Notes: a model not told the origin generated them from the sequence alone. DNA of 64,000 nt from an uncultured Acidobacteriota bacterium (GCA_963796275.1 CAWCKY010000004.1:384001-448000), one strand, 5' to 3'; numbered from the stretch's first letter, positions 11,745 through 21,606 are shown. Made by a program: numbers and translations.

Positions 11745-12641
11745 ATGGTTACAGCGAACAGGTCGATTGATGAACGCAGGTTGGCTGGTGATTCTCATGA
11801 GAGATCATCCAAGATCATCGATAAAAGGCTCGAGTGGGAAGGCGTCAGGGTCGGTCACTATCGTCTGCGGCCGGGAGAGATGTCACCGCGGAGCCATAAG
11901 ACCCATCATATCTTCGTCCCTCTGGCCGGATCGGTAACCATAGAAGGAGAGATGGAGAATGGAACGACGATGATCCGGCACCCCGGCGTAGGTCAGATCG
12001 GCGTGACGCCTGCCGGAGTGCGCTATTCGGCAACCTGGCAGGAAGAGTTGGAATATGTATTAGTTACCCTCAGCCAGGACTTCATCTCGCGTGCTACGAT
12101 AGATTTCCAAGCCAACAAAGAAGCCAAGATCGTTCCAGCCTGCGGGCCTAAGGACGCTTTGATTCGTTCCATCGGACAGGCATTGGCGGCAGAAATGGAT
12201 TCGGGGCAGCCGAACGGTAAGCTCTATGCCGAATCTCTGGTTAACGTGCTGGCGGTTCATCTGCTTCGCCACTATTCGACCGACAGTGTGGTGGCGGATC
12301 TTCAATTTGGAGGACTGCCTGCGCACAAGCTCAGACGTGTGACCGAATTCATCGATGGAAATCTTGAAAATGACCTATCACTGGCCGAAATCGCGCAAGC
12401 TGCCGACCTAAGCCCTTACCACTTCGCGCGATCATTCAAACAAACCACCGGCATGACGCCGATCCAATTCCTCATGCAGCGAAGGGTTGAATATGCCAAA
12501 TTCATGCTCACCGAAAGCGAATTGCCGATAGTCGAGGTCGGATTAAACGCGGGCTTCAAGAACCAGAGCCACTTCACCACGCTCTTCCGAAAATTCACGA
12601 CGATGACGCCGAAGGCATATCGCAATGCGATGCTGCGGTGA
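11745..12641 (+). CDS. AraC-family transcriptional regulator
   Basis: C-terminal double HTH (LSLAEIAQAADLSPYHFARSFK...GFKNQSHFTTLFRK..MTPKAYR). ATG 11745 follows GGAG. Confidence 0.93.
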   Translation: MVTANRSIDERRLAGDSHERSSKIIDKRLEWEGVRVGHYRLRPGEMSPRSHKTHHIFVPLAGSVTIEGEMENGTTMIRHPGVGQIGVTPAGVRYSATWQEELEYVLVTLSQDFISRATIDFQANKEAKIVPACGPKDALIRSIGQALAAEMDSGQPNGKLYAESLVNVLAVHLLRHYSTDSVVADLQFGGLPAHKLRRVTEFIDGNLENDLSLAEIAQAADLSPYHFARSFKQTTGMTPIQFLMQRRVEYAKFMLTESELPIVEVGLNAGFKNQSHFTTLFRKFTTMTPKAYRNAMLR

Positions 12642-12699
12642 GGGCAATAATCATCGGTCATTGATAATTGGTTGAGCCGCGATTCTTCAATTCCAAATG

Positions 12700-12861
12700 T
12701 TAAATTCTGACCGTAATTCGCCATTCCCGCCCAGCCCCCGGCGCGGCGACGATCTCCACATCCAGAAACTTTTTGATGATCTCGATGTTGGTCGTAGTAT
12801 GGCGCGAGGCCGGAAGGGTGGTGAATGAGCCGCCGCCGGCCATCGCCATCGGCACGAGCAT
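12700..12861 (-). pseudogene. rtcA: 3' remnant of RNA 3'-terminal phosphate cyclase
   Basis: Hand translation MLVPMAMAGGGSFTTLPASRHTTTNIEIIKKFLDVEIVAAPGAGREWRITVRI* resembles the RtcA C-terminus (E. coli LPMALAGAGEF...SCHLLTNIAVVERFL, recalled). Same strand as rtcB, about 1.9 kb downstream of it. Confidence 0.82.
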
Positions 12862-13123
12862 TGGTAGGCCCCGGTCGTCGCTTTATCACGCTACCCCTCA
12901 GCGCGACCGATTTCCGGTCTTCCCGGTCTAGGTTTCGCCATCGACAGGCAGGCTCACCGACCTTACCCGGCCGAATCGAGTTGGTTATCCTACGGACTGA
13001 TCGTTCACCTCCTGTTGCTCCCCACCTCGCCTCGTGGCGACGCAGTTACATTCGGTTACAGGCCGGAGAGCGTATGCCTGGAGAGGACTTTCACCTCACT
13101 GATCAACGCGCTTTCAGGCGCAC
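12862..13123 (-). mobile_element. Group II intron 5' fragment (domain I only; no RT ORF, no domain V/VI)
   Basis: The minus strand begins GTGCGCC (group II 5' consensus GUGYG), followed by GAGGTGAAAGTCCTC, GTAACTGCGTCGCC, GGGGAGCAAC and AACTCGATTCGGCCG, which resemble bacterial intron domain I. Confidence 0.8.
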
Positions 13124-13128
13124 CTATC

Positions 13129-13227
13129 GCCCACTTCGTGGGCTAGCTATCATTTTCGACATCGTACCCAGGGTTCCGCGCAAATGCGCTCCACCTGGGC
13201 TTTATTCTTACGCCCGTTTCACGGGCT
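13129..13227. repeat. REP-like hairpin cluster (intron landing site)
   Basis: gcccac-ttc-gtgggc (13129-13143), cccagg...cctggg (13167-13199), gcccgt-ttc-acgggc (13212-13226). Confidence 0.72.
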
Positions 13228-13553
13228 GATATAGGCTAGACAAATTCCGGAGGGGGTGGCTGAATAAAAAGCATAGCACAATCCTCATCAGATCGTGCTG
13301 CACATTCAACCGATGATCTATGACATCACCCCGAGATGTGGGGGCCCCGTAGCATTCTCAATGCTGAAGTACAAGCTTTCAGATTGGCAGTTTGATGAAC
13401 CCGCCCGATGGGACGGGCATTTAGCCTTTGACAGCTTGCTCCATTAGAAGGCCGGGGCCATAAGATAAAGGGTTGAATGATGACGGTTTCACTGCTACTC
13501 TCTGGCCCTCACATTACTGCATTCAATAACAATTCAGAAGGAGTAAAAGACCA

Positions 13554-14732
13554 GTGAAAAACGCCTTTGATGACTTTTTCTATCCATATGCCGCAAAGTT
13601 GTCAATGATGCTTTGCCTCGCGATAACTATCTCCGGGCAAAACTTCGGGCAGAATCCAACTACACCAAGCCAGCCGGTCGCTCCCGCGCAGCCGGTCGAA
13701 TTGAAAGCGCCGGACGGTTTCAAAGTCTCGGTCTTCGCCTCCGACCTCGCCAGCGCGCGGTTAATGGCGGTCAGTCCCGACGGCGTCCTCTATGTCGCAC
13801 GCCAAACGAAAGGCGATGTCGTCGCCCTCCCCGATCTGAATAAGGACGGCCGCGCCGACAAAATGGATATCATCGCCAGCGGCCTGACTCGCCCTCACAG
13901 TCTGGCTTTCCACAAAGGATACCTCTATATCGCGACCAACCCTGCTGTCTTTCGTCTCAAGTACACGGCCGGTAAGACGGACCAAACACCAGAAAAGGTG
14001 GTCGATCTGCCGGTATCGACCACGTCGCATTGGACGCGCACCATCGGTTTCGGTCCCGATGGCAAGATGTACGTCGCGATCGGCTCATCGTGCAACGTCT
14101 GTGAAGAAGAGGACGCCCGCCGTACGACTATCATGCAATACAATGCCGATGGCAGCGGCGGACGGGCCTATGCCAAAGGGCTTCGCAATGCGATTGGTTT
14201 CGATTGGGACCCCCAAACCCGCGCGATGTGGGCGGACGATATGGGGCAGGACAGACTCGGCGAAGAGAAGCCTGCCGATGAGATCAACCGTATCGAAGAC
14301 GGCAAGCATTACGGCTGGCCGTACTTCATCGAGAAGAACGAACCGAATCCAGACCTGAAAGACCCGAAAGGCTCGCTCAAGCCTGAGCAAGCGACGCCGC
14401 CCGCATTGGCATTGCAGCCACATGCGTCGCCGATCGATCTGCGCTTCTACAAAGGCAACAAATTTCCCGCGGCATATCGCAACGCGATGTTTGTCGCGCT
14501 GCACGGCTCCGCCCCGGCAAATCGCAAAGAGAAGATCGGCTACAAAGTCGTGCGCGTCGTGGTGAAAGACGGGCGCGCCACGGGCGTTGAAGACTTCGTC
14601 ACCGGCTGGTTGAAAGACGGCCAGGTGCTCGGGCGCCCGGCCGGCATGATTACGGGGGCAGACGGCGCGTTATACATATCCGACGACAACAAAGGTTTTA
14701 TCTATCGAGTGAGTTACGAAGGGAAGAAGTGA
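13554..14732 (+). CDS. PQQ-dependent glucose/sorbosone dehydrogenase family protein
   Basis: GFKVSVFA, HWTRTIGFGPDGKMYVAIGSSCN, GLRNAIG, YGWPY, GRPAG, GALYISDD motifs; signal peptide. Confidence 0.9.
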   Translation: MKNAFDDFFYPYAAKLSMMLCLAITISGQNFGQNPTTPSQPVAPAQPVELKAPDGFKVSVFASDLASARLMAVSPDGVLYVARQTKGDVVALPDLNKDGRADKMDIIASGLTRPHSLAFHKGYLYIATNPAVFRLKYTAGKTDQTPEKVVDLPVSTTSHWTRTIGFGPDGKMYVAIGSSCNVCEEEDARRTTIMQYNADGSGGRAYAKGLRNAIGFDWDPQTRAMWADDMGQDRLGEEKPADEINRIEDGKHYGWPYFIEKNEPNPDLKDPKGSLKPEQATPPALALQPHASPIDLRFYKGNKFPAAYRNAMFVALHGSAPANRKEKIGYKVVRVVVKDGRATGVEDFVTGWLKDGQVLGRPAGMITGADGALYISDDNKGFIYRVSYEGKK

Positions 14733-14748
14733 TCTCTCTTCATTTTCT

Positions 14749-15978
14749 TCATCCCTTCACACAGACCACCTGCCGCAACGTGTGTGCGATCTCGACCAGA
14801 TCGCTTTGAGCGGCCATGACGTCCTCGATGTTTTTGTATGCCGCCGGCGTCTCGTCGATCACGTCCTCGTCCTTGCGGCATTCGATGCCAGCGGTCGCGG
14901 CTTCGTGATCGGCCGTAGTAAAACGGCGCTTTGCCTCGTTGCGCGACATCGCGCGGCCCGCGCCGTGCGAGCAGCTCATGAAGCTTTCGGGATTGCCCAA
15001 ACCGCGCACGATGTACGAGCGCGCGCCCATCGAGCCGGGAATGATACCCATATCGCCGGTACGCGCGCGCACCGCGCCTTTGCGCGTGACGAAGACCTCT
15101 TCGCCGTAATGTTCCTCGATCGCGACATAGTTGTGATGACAGTTGACCGCGGTCTCGGTCAACTCGAACTTGGGGACTTCGCCTGAGCTCGCGATCGCAT
15201 CAACGATCTGCTCCATCATCAGCTTGCGGTTGTACAGCGCGAACTCCTGGGCCCAGTGGACAGCCTCGACATAATCGTCGAAATGCTCAGTGCCCTCGTT
15301 GAAATACGCGAGGTCTTTGTCGGGGAGGTTTGCGATGTGCTGCCGCATATCATTCTTCGCCATCTCGATGAAGAACGTGCCGATGCGATTGCCCACGCCG
15401 CGCGAGCCGCTGTGAAGCATGAACCAGACCTGATCGTTCTCGTCCAGGCAAACCTCGATGAAGTGATTGCCGGTGCCGAGCGTGCCCAGATGGTTGACGT
15501 TATTGCCGCGATCGAGCTTCGGATACTTCTCGACGATCGCCTTGTAGCCGATCTGAAGCTGCCGCCATACACCCTGCTGGCGGCGCGGGATATCGCTCCA
15601 GGCGCCCTTGTCGCGCCTGCCGCCGTTGTCGGTCCTACCGTGCGGCACGGCCTTCTCGATCGCGCGGCGGATATTGCGCAGGTTGTCCGGCAGATGATTC
15701 GCGTTCAAAGTAGTCTGCACAGCCATCATCCCGCAACCAATATCGACCCCAACAGCTGCCGGAATGATCGCGCCTTTGGTCGGAATGACGCTTCCCACGG
15801 TGGCGCCGATACCCCAATGAACGTCGGGCATCGCGGCAACCCACTTATAGACGAATGGGAGATGGGCGACGTTCAAAAGCTGCTTCTTTGCTTCGTCCTC
15901 CAACTTTACGCCTTTCGTCCAGGCCTTGATCGTAACGCCCGTACCAACTTCGATAAGGTTATATTTGGTATTGCTCAT
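14749..15978 (-). CDS. rtcB: RNA 2',3'-cyclic phosphate ligase RtcB
   Basis: MPDVHWG, VGVDIGCG, GTLGTGNHFIE, HSGSRG, HHNY, TRKGA, SCSHGAGR, DETPAAYK all intact. Confidence 0.97.
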   Translation of the reverse strand: MSNTKYNLIEVGTGVTIKAWTKGVKLEDEAKKQLLNVAHLPFVYKWVAAMPDVHWGIGATVGSVIPTKGAIIPAAVGVDIGCGMMAVQTTLNANHLPDNLRNIRRAIEKAVPHGRTDNGGRRDKGAWSDIPRRQQGVWRQLQIGYKAIVEKYPKLDRGNNVNHLGTLGTGNHFIEVCLDENDQVWFMLHSGSRGVGNRIGTFFIEMAKNDMRQHIANLPDKDLAYFNEGTEHFDDYVEAVHWAQEFALYNRKLMMEQIVDAIASSGEVPKFELTETAVNCHHNYVAIEEHYGEEVFVTRKGAVRARTGDMGIIPGSMGARSYIVRGLGNPESFMSCSHGAGRAMSRNEAKRRFTTADHEAATAGIECRKDEDVIDETPAAYKNIEDVMAAQSDLVEIAHTLRQVVCVKG

Positions 15979-16153
15979 AAGTTCTATTCTCTCGTATTGA
16001 TCATTTCTCTAGTCAGCCCATTCAGATCAGCGGCAAATCCAACTTGCCTCTTCTCATATCTTCCCAAGCCAGTCGCGTCTCGTCAAAATGGTCGTTAACG
16101 ACAGCCGGCATCTGCCGAACTGATAATTTTAACCCTATTTCAAACTTTTCGGA

Positions 16154-16260
16154 TCATTCCCTAAAAGTAATAATCATGCGGTAGCCATCAAAACGCCCGC
16201 TGCGCATGCAGCACTTCTTGAAACCGGCGACCGGAACCGAGCCTGGATCGTCGCCGCCCA
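16154..16260 (-). pseudogene. Degenerate SEC-C motif gene remnant
   Basis: Across frames it reads GGDDP..GSGRRF / FKKCCMRSGRFDG / HDYYF*, similar to GRNDPCPCGSGRxFKKCC; the CPC is lost. Confidence 0.5.
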
Positions 16261-16515
16261 CAGTTCTATTGGACAGGCTGCGCAAGTATCTGGCGAGATT
16301 CGGCCTGCAATGGGGCCAGCTCTCTTGATCGCTCAAACTCGATATGCTACGGTTCGACAAGATTCATCTCGAAAGGTCGCAACGCATTTGCTCAAACCAG
16401 TCGATATTCGAATAGATGAAACCCGAGTTTAGCGACGGCGTCATCTGAGATATCAATATTGAATTTTGAGGTCTCGATGACTCTCTCGCCAACTCTCGAG
16501 GTTTGCGGAGGAGAT

Positions 16516-18234
16516 GTGCAGAGGAAAAACTCTCTGACCAAAAAGGTTTACGACGTGATCATCATCGGCTCCGGCGCATCCGGCGGGATGGCGGCGAAAG
16601 AGCTGACCGAACGCGGCTTCGAAGTGCTTGTGCTCGAAGCGGGACCGCCCATCGATCCGTTGCGCGATTTCGCGATGAACAAATTCGCCTATGAATCGAT
16701 GTACAGAGGGTTCGGCCCGCCGGGCTGGAAGCAGCGCGAGCAGTGGATGCAGGATACAGCAGGCGAATTCAGCCGCCACTTCTACATCAAAGACACGGAA
16801 CACCCCTACACTACCGACCCGGGGAAACCTTTCCTCTGGGTACGCGCACGCATCGTCGGAGGAAAGACGCTCCATTGGGGGAGGTTGTCTTGGCGGTTCT
16901 CTGATCTCGATTTCAAGGCTGCAAGCAAAGACGGGTTCGATGCCGACTGGCCGATCGAATACAAAGAGATCGAGCCATACTATGACAAAGCGGAGGAATG
17001 GATCGGGGTGAGCGGCAACAGGGATGGCCTCTGGTGGCAGCCCGATGGAAAATATCTTCCGCCGATGGGATTCAATTGCGGTGAACTGCGATTGAAGAAT
17101 GGCGCGGGGAAACTGGGCATCAAGTTGATTCAGGCGCGCGTCGCGATGCTGACGGCGGTCAAGCCGCACCACTCCAAATACGGGCGCGCGCGGTGCCATT
17201 ATTGCGGAAGTTGCGGCAACGGCTGCTCCGTCGGCGCAATGTTCAATTCGCTGTCATCGACTCTGCCGGCGGCCAGGGAGACGGGGCGCATGACTCTGCG
17301 GCCCAATTCGATCGTCCGCCAGATCCAGGTGGATCCGCAAACAGGCAGAGCGAGCGGAGTGGCCGTGGTCGATCGCGTCACTCGTCAGGAACTCGAGTTT
17401 TCCGGCAAAGTGATCATCGTCGCGGCATCGACGCTCGAGTCGACGCGCATACTCCTCAATTCGAAATCGCGGCAGCACCCCAACGGGTTGGGTAATTCGT
17501 CAGGTGCGCTCGGGCATTACCTGGTCGATCATTTCGGAGGGACCGGAGCGGCCGGACTCTTTCCGATGTTCGCCGGACGCGACACGCTGAACGAAGACGG
17601 GAAGTCATCGGGCATCTTCGTTCCGCGATTCCGCAACCTCGATCAGGCGACCAAACAAGCGAGATTCATTCGCGGGTATGGATTTGAAGGCGGATCGGCC
17701 ATCGGCGCATTTCCGGGCGTCGCGCGTAGATATGCGGGGATCGGCAGCGAATTTAAAAAACAGGTCCGCCGCTGGTACGTGACTACCGTAGGCCTCACCA
17801 CGCGCGCTCATATGCTATCGCGCTACGAAAATTTCGTCGAAATCGATCCCGACGGCGTGGTCGATGCCTGGGGCATCCCGGTCCTTAAGGTTCACATTCA
17901 ACATTCGGACAACGAACGCGAGATGGGCAAAGACGCCTCCGAGATGGCCGAAGCCATATTACGCGAGGCCGGAGCGCAGGAGATCAGCGTCTTCCGCCAA
18001 TTGACCGTTCCGGGTCGCATCATTCACGAGCTCGGCACGGCACGAATGGGCAGCGACCCCAGGAAATCGGTTCTGAACAGATACAACCAGATGCACGACG
18101 TCAAAAACGTCTTCGTGACCGATGGCGCGGCGTTCGTAGGCGCGGCCAATCAAAACCCGACGTTGACGATCCTGGCGCTAACTATGCGCGCCTGTGAATA
18201 CATGGCTGAAGGCCTGAAACGCGGGGACTTGTAG
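16516..18234 (+). CDS. GMC-family FAD oxidoreductase with Cys-rich Fe-S motif
   Basis: [51 protein letters not shown] 16516 follows GGAGGA. Confidence 0.93.
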   Translation: MQRKNSLTKKVYDVIIIGSGASGGMAAKELTERGFEVLVLEAGPPIDPLRDFAMNKFAYESMYRGFGPPGWKQREQWMQDTAGEFSRHFYIKDTEHPYTTDPGKPFLWVRARIVGGKTLHWGRLSWRFSDLDFKAASKDGFDADWPIEYKEIEPYYDKAEEWIGVSGNRDGLWWQPDGKYLPPMGFNCGELRLKNGAGKLGIKLIQARVAMLTAVKPHHSKYGRARCHYCGSCGNGCSVGAMFNSLSSTLPAARETGRMTLRPNSIVRQIQVDPQTGRASGVAVVDRVTRQELEFSGKVIIVAASTLESTRILLNSKSRQHPNGLGNSSGALGHYLVDHFGGTGAAGLFPMFAGRDTLNEDGKSSGIFVPRFRNLDQATKQARFIRGYGFEGGSAIGAFPGVARRYAGIGSEFKKQVRRWYVTTVGLTTRAHMLSRYENFVEIDPDGVVDAWGIPVLKVHIQHSDNEREMGKDASEMAEAILREAGAQEISVFRQLTVPGRIIHELGTARMGSDPRKSVLNRYNQMHDVKNVFVTDGAAFVGAANQNPTLTILALTMRACEYMAEGLKRGDL

Positions 18235-18264
18235 CAATGGATAATTGATAATGGATATTCGATA

Positions 18265-18858
18265 ATGTTCAGACAAACCAAATCCGTCAAAAAATTAGCC
18301 AGGCTGTATTCCATCCACGCATTGCCTTCGGGGCGCGATTTCTCCGGAGTGATCGAGTCCGGGAGGGCCAAATATCAATTCACTTTCTCGCCCCAAACCG
18401 CGGCGATCGTCGATCGTAAGCTGGTTCTGGCGGGAAGCGTCACGGTGATGGCGCCGAAAGGTGGAAAGCGATCTATCGATAAAGTTCAGGCGACGCTGCT
18501 CGCTACTCAGGGCAGCGCCGGTCCGCCGCCTCCCGCGCCGCGCTCTATCGCTCCTCCGGCCAGACCTGCCATGACGAGCGTTTCGCTTCCGGTTACCGAG
18601 GCGACCGGGGATTTCAGCTCGATCGGAGTTATCTATTTCAAATTATCGGGTCTGGAGGGGAAGGCAACCGGCCTGCCGTTCGATCTCAGCAATACCCAGC
18701 TCAACGCGCGCCTCTATTCGACATCCGAGGTCGAGCGTGATCTGAACTGGCTCTATTCCGCGCTGGTCAGAGCGACTCTGGCTGAAACTCCGGACGAAAA
18801 AATCGCCTCGATCTATTTAGATGAAATCAATCGCATTTTGAAGGATACTGAGAGATAG
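18265..18858 (+). CDS. Hypothetical protein
   Basis: 197-aa ORF co-oriented 30 bp after the GMC gene; Pro-rich central linker; no family recognised. Confidence 0.65.
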   Translation: MFRQTKSVKKLARLYSIHALPSGRDFSGVIESGRAKYQFTFSPQTAAIVDRKLVLAGSVTVMAPKGGKRSIDKVQATLLATQGSAGPPPPAPRSIAPPARPAMTSVSLPVTEATGDFSSIGVIYFKLSGLEGKATGLPFDLSNTQLNARLYSTSEVERDLNWLYSALVRATLAETPDEKIASIYLDEINRILKDTER

Positions 18859-18923
18859 CGGAAGCGCGTGCGAGAGGCAACCTAGCCACAAATCTCAAAA
18901 TAATCGGCGAGGAGGATTAACCA

Positions 18924-19376
18924 ATGAGAATCCTACTAGCTGTTGACGGCTCTGATTGCAGCAAAGCTGCAGTGCAGGCTGTCGCCGAGCGCCCATGGCC
19001 AGCAGGAAGCCAAATCAAAATACTTTCTGTTGTCGAACCGCAATATGTCCCGTCAACCGACGCATGGGTACTGCCGGAGAACTACTATCTCGAAATCGAC
19101 CAGGCTGCCCGCGATCTGGCGCAATCGGCGATCGCCTATGCCGTCGAGCAGATCAAAACCAGCGATGTCGCAAATTTGACGATCTGCACCGAAGTGAAGG
19201 ATGGACTGGCGAAAGATATCATCCTTGAAGAGGCCGATAAGTGGCGCGCCGAACTCGTCCTGCTCGGGTGTCACGATTACAAAGGGCTGAAAAAATTTCT
19301 GCTCGGCTCGGTCTCACACGCGGTGGCCGCACACGCACATTGCTCGGTCGAAATCGTACGGCATCGGGAAAATTGA
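18924..19376 (+). CDS. Universal stress protein (UspA family)
   Basis: MRILLAVDGS start, FLLGSVSHAVAAHAHCSVEIVR end, GAGGAGG RBS. Confidence 0.92.
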   Translation: MRILLAVDGSDCSKAAVQAVAERPWPAGSQIKILSVVEPQYVPSTDAWVLPENYYLEIDQAARDLAQSAIAYAVEQIKTSDVANLTICTEVKDGLAKDIILEEADKWRAELVLLGCHDYKGLKKFLLGSVSHAVAAHAHCSVEIVRHREN

Positions 19377-19452
19377 TAATGGATAATTCGGATAGACTGG
19401 TGCAGCCAACGATACGAATTATCAATTATCCATTATCAATTATCGATTATCC
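19371..19452. repeat. Inverted heptamer array (ATAATTG / CAATTAT family)
   Basis: aattgataatggataattcg ... cgaattatcaattatccattatcaattatcgattatcc; the same family occurs at 18236-18266 and 26091-26153. Confidence 0.75.
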
Positions 19453-19515
19453 TGCAATTGATTATTATGCCCGGTTGACCGATACTCCGGCGCAATACTA
19501 AGTCCAATACGGAAG

Positions 19516-20847
19516 GTGCAAATGGATCAACAGATTGCTGAAAAAGTAGTTCAACCGTCGTATGCAGCGACGCTCGACCAGCCCACACGCGCGCGCTATT
19601 GGGTCATCTTCTTTGCCGTCACGCTGGCAGTCATCACATACATCGATCGCGTCTGCATCTCACAAGCAGCGCCATATATCTCGGCGGATCTGGGACTGAC
19701 TAAAGACCAGATGGGATTGGCCTTCTCGGCCTTCGGCATTGCCTATGCTCTTTTCGAGATACCCGGCGGCTGGCTGGGGGACCGATTCGGGGCGCGTAAG
19801 GTGTTGATGCGCGTCGTTGTCTGGTGGTCGCTCTTCACCGCCGCGACCGGCTGGGTCTGGAACTATCCTTCTCTGCTGGTGACCCGTTTCTTATTCGGCG
19901 CTGGCGAGGCGGGATGTTTCCCCAATATCACCAAGGCTTTCATGTGCTGGCTGCCGAAGTCCGAACGCGTACGAGCGCAGGGCATTATGTGGCTGAGCGC
20001 ACGCTGGGGAGGCGCCTTCACCCCTCTCCTCGTAGCTATCATACTGACTCAGCTCTCATGGCGGTGGTCATTCTTAATTTTCGGGTTTCTCGGCATCATC
20101 TGGGCATTCTTCTTTTACCGATGGTTTCGCGACAACCCGCACAAACACCACAGCGTCAACGAGGCAGAGAAAGCGATCCTTCCGTCTCAGGAAACCGTAA
20201 TGGCTTCCCACGGGAATCCCCCTTGGGCGAAATTTCTGCAATCCAGGACTGTCTGGCTGCTCTGGGCACAATACATTTTCCTCTCTTACGGTTGGTATTT
20301 CTACATCACCTGGTTGCCGACCTATCTCAAAGAGGCGCGCGGCACGTCAATGGAGATGGGCGCGCTGCTGGCCATTCTACCTTTATTTTTTGGCGGAATA
20401 GGGTCGATGTTCAGCGGCTATCTCTCGACCTATCTGGAAAATCGTACCGGTAATGTCAAGTTGGTGCGTCGCTGGCTCGCGGGTATCGGTTTCTTCGGGG
20501 CAGCAGTACTTATATCTCTCTCGGTCAACATCGAGAATCCCTTGATGGCGATGATCGCTATGGGTATGGCCAGCTTCTCAAACGATCTGGCGATGCCGCC
20601 GAGCTGGGCCGCCTGCATGGACGTCGGAGGCAAATATGCCGGCACCCTATCGGGAAGTATGAATATGATGGGAAACCTGGGCGGAGCAATTGGACCGGCA
20701 GTGGTGGGTTACATCCTTCAATCGACCAATGACAATTGGGCCCTGACCTTCTACATCGCCGCCGCCGTCTATTTTATGGGGATATTCTGCTGGATGTTTA
20801 TCGACCCGGTCACGCCGATCGAAGATGAAACCCCGGCTGCAAGTTGA
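19516..20847 (+). CDS. MFS transporter, ACS (sugar-acid/anion) family
   Basis: ITYIDRVCIS, EIPGGWLGDRFGARK, RFLFGAGEAGCFP, WLPTYL motifs. Confidence 0.92.
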   Translation: MQMDQQIAEKVVQPSYAATLDQPTRARYWVIFFAVTLAVITYIDRVCISQAAPYISADLGLTKDQMGLAFSAFGIAYALFEIPGGWLGDRFGARKVLMRVVVWWSLFTAATGWVWNYPSLLVTRFLFGAGEAGCFPNITKAFMCWLPKSERVRAQGIMWLSARWGGAFTPLLVAIILTQLSWRWSFLIFGFLGIIWAFFFYRWFRDNPHKHHSVNEAEKAILPSQETVMASHGNPPWAKFLQSRTVWLLWAQYIFLSYGWYFYITWLPTYLKEARGTSMEMGALLAILPLFFGGIGSMFSGYLSTYLENRTGNVKLVRRWLAGIGFFGAAVLISLSVNIENPLMAMIAMGMASFSNDLAMPPSWAACMDVGGKYAGTLSGSMNMMGNLGGAIGPAVVGYILQSTNDNWALTFYIAAAVYFMGIFCWMFIDPVTPIEDETPAAS

Positions 20848-20871
20848 CAAACTACTGACCCCCAATATAAT
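20844..20871 (+). promoter_or_regulatory. Sigma70-type promoter for the yceD-rpmF-plsX-fab operon
   Basis: TTGACA (20844-20849), 16 bp, TATAAT (20866-20871); 27 bp upstream of yceD. Confidence 0.7.
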
Positions 20872-20898
20872 TAGTCCCTTTGCGCTTCTGAGGGAAAG

Positions 20899-21369
20899 AT
20901 GATTATATCGCTGGTGCGCCTGCCTGTTGACGGGCTGAACTTCGAGCATCAATATCAGGCGGGCGAGCTCGATACTCGCAATTTTGATTTTGAAGTGCAG
21001 GAACCCCCACTGGTCACCGGACGAGTGAACCGCGTCGGAATGGATATGCGGTTGCGGGGGGACCTAGTGGCGGCGCTCGCGGTTCCCTGTGCCCGATGTT
21101 TGAAACAAGTGCCAATCCGCGTCGCTATTCCTTTCGACCTTCTTTATGCCTCCGAGGATCCGAGTGGAAGCAGGACGGGAGAGATCGAGCTGCACGCGCG
21201 GGATCTGGACTTTTCCGTTTATGAGAGAGATGAGATCGATCTCGACGCAATGGTATTGGAACAAATCGAATTGGATCTGCCGAACCGCGCGCTCTGTCGC
21301 GATGATTGCCTCGGATTGTGCCCGCAGTGCGGCATCGACCTGAATATCGACAAATGCAGTTGTCAATAA
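20899..21369 (+). CDS. yceD: YceD/DUF177 family protein
   Basis: CARCL and LCRDDCLGLCPQCG motifs; canonical position upstream of rpmF. Confidence 0.9.
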   Translation: MIISLVRLPVDGLNFEHQYQAGELDTRNFDFEVQEPPLVTGRVNRVGMDMRLRGDLVAALAVPCARCLKQVPIRVAIPFDLLYASEDPSGSRTGEIELHARDLDFSVYERDEIDLDAMVLEQIELDLPNRALCRDDCLGLCPQCGIDLNIDKCSCQ

Positions 21370-21393
21370 TTGTTATAAATTTGGAGCTTTATT

Positions 21394-21573
21394 ATGCCTA
21401 ATCCTAAAAGACGTCACTCAAAATCGCGCAGTCGCAAGCGGCGCTCGCACGATGGGCTCAAGCCGGCTAATCTGACCGCCTGTGCCAATTGCGGCTACAT
21501 GAAACTTCCGCATCGCGTATGCAACCATTGTGGTTACTATCACGGACGCATGGTTATCAAAAAAGAAATATAA
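21394..21573 (+). CDS. rpmF: 50S ribosomal protein L32 (zinc-ribbon form); missing from the ORF track (59 aa)
   Basis: Hand translation MPNPKRRHSKSRSRKRRSHDGLKPANLTACANCGYMKLPHRVCNHCGYYHGRMVIKKEI*. Confidence 0.97.
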   Translation: MPNPKRRHSKSRSRKRRSHDGLKPANLTACANCGYMKLPHRVCNHCGYYHGRMVIKKEI

Positions 21574-21606
21574 TTTGAGATATTGATCAGAGAAAGAAGG
21601 TCTACC

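Noticed and set aside
12825-13229. 134-aa plus-strand ORF (and the 157-aa minus-strand ORF 12416-12889)
   Set aside because: The first is antisense to the intron fragment and REP cluster. The second is an off-frame reading of the rtcA remnant that runs antisense into araC.
15256-16098. 280-aa ORF opposite rtcB
   Set aside because: Antisense shadow of a GC-rich gene with no motifs. The same applies to 16453-17199 opposite the GMC gene.
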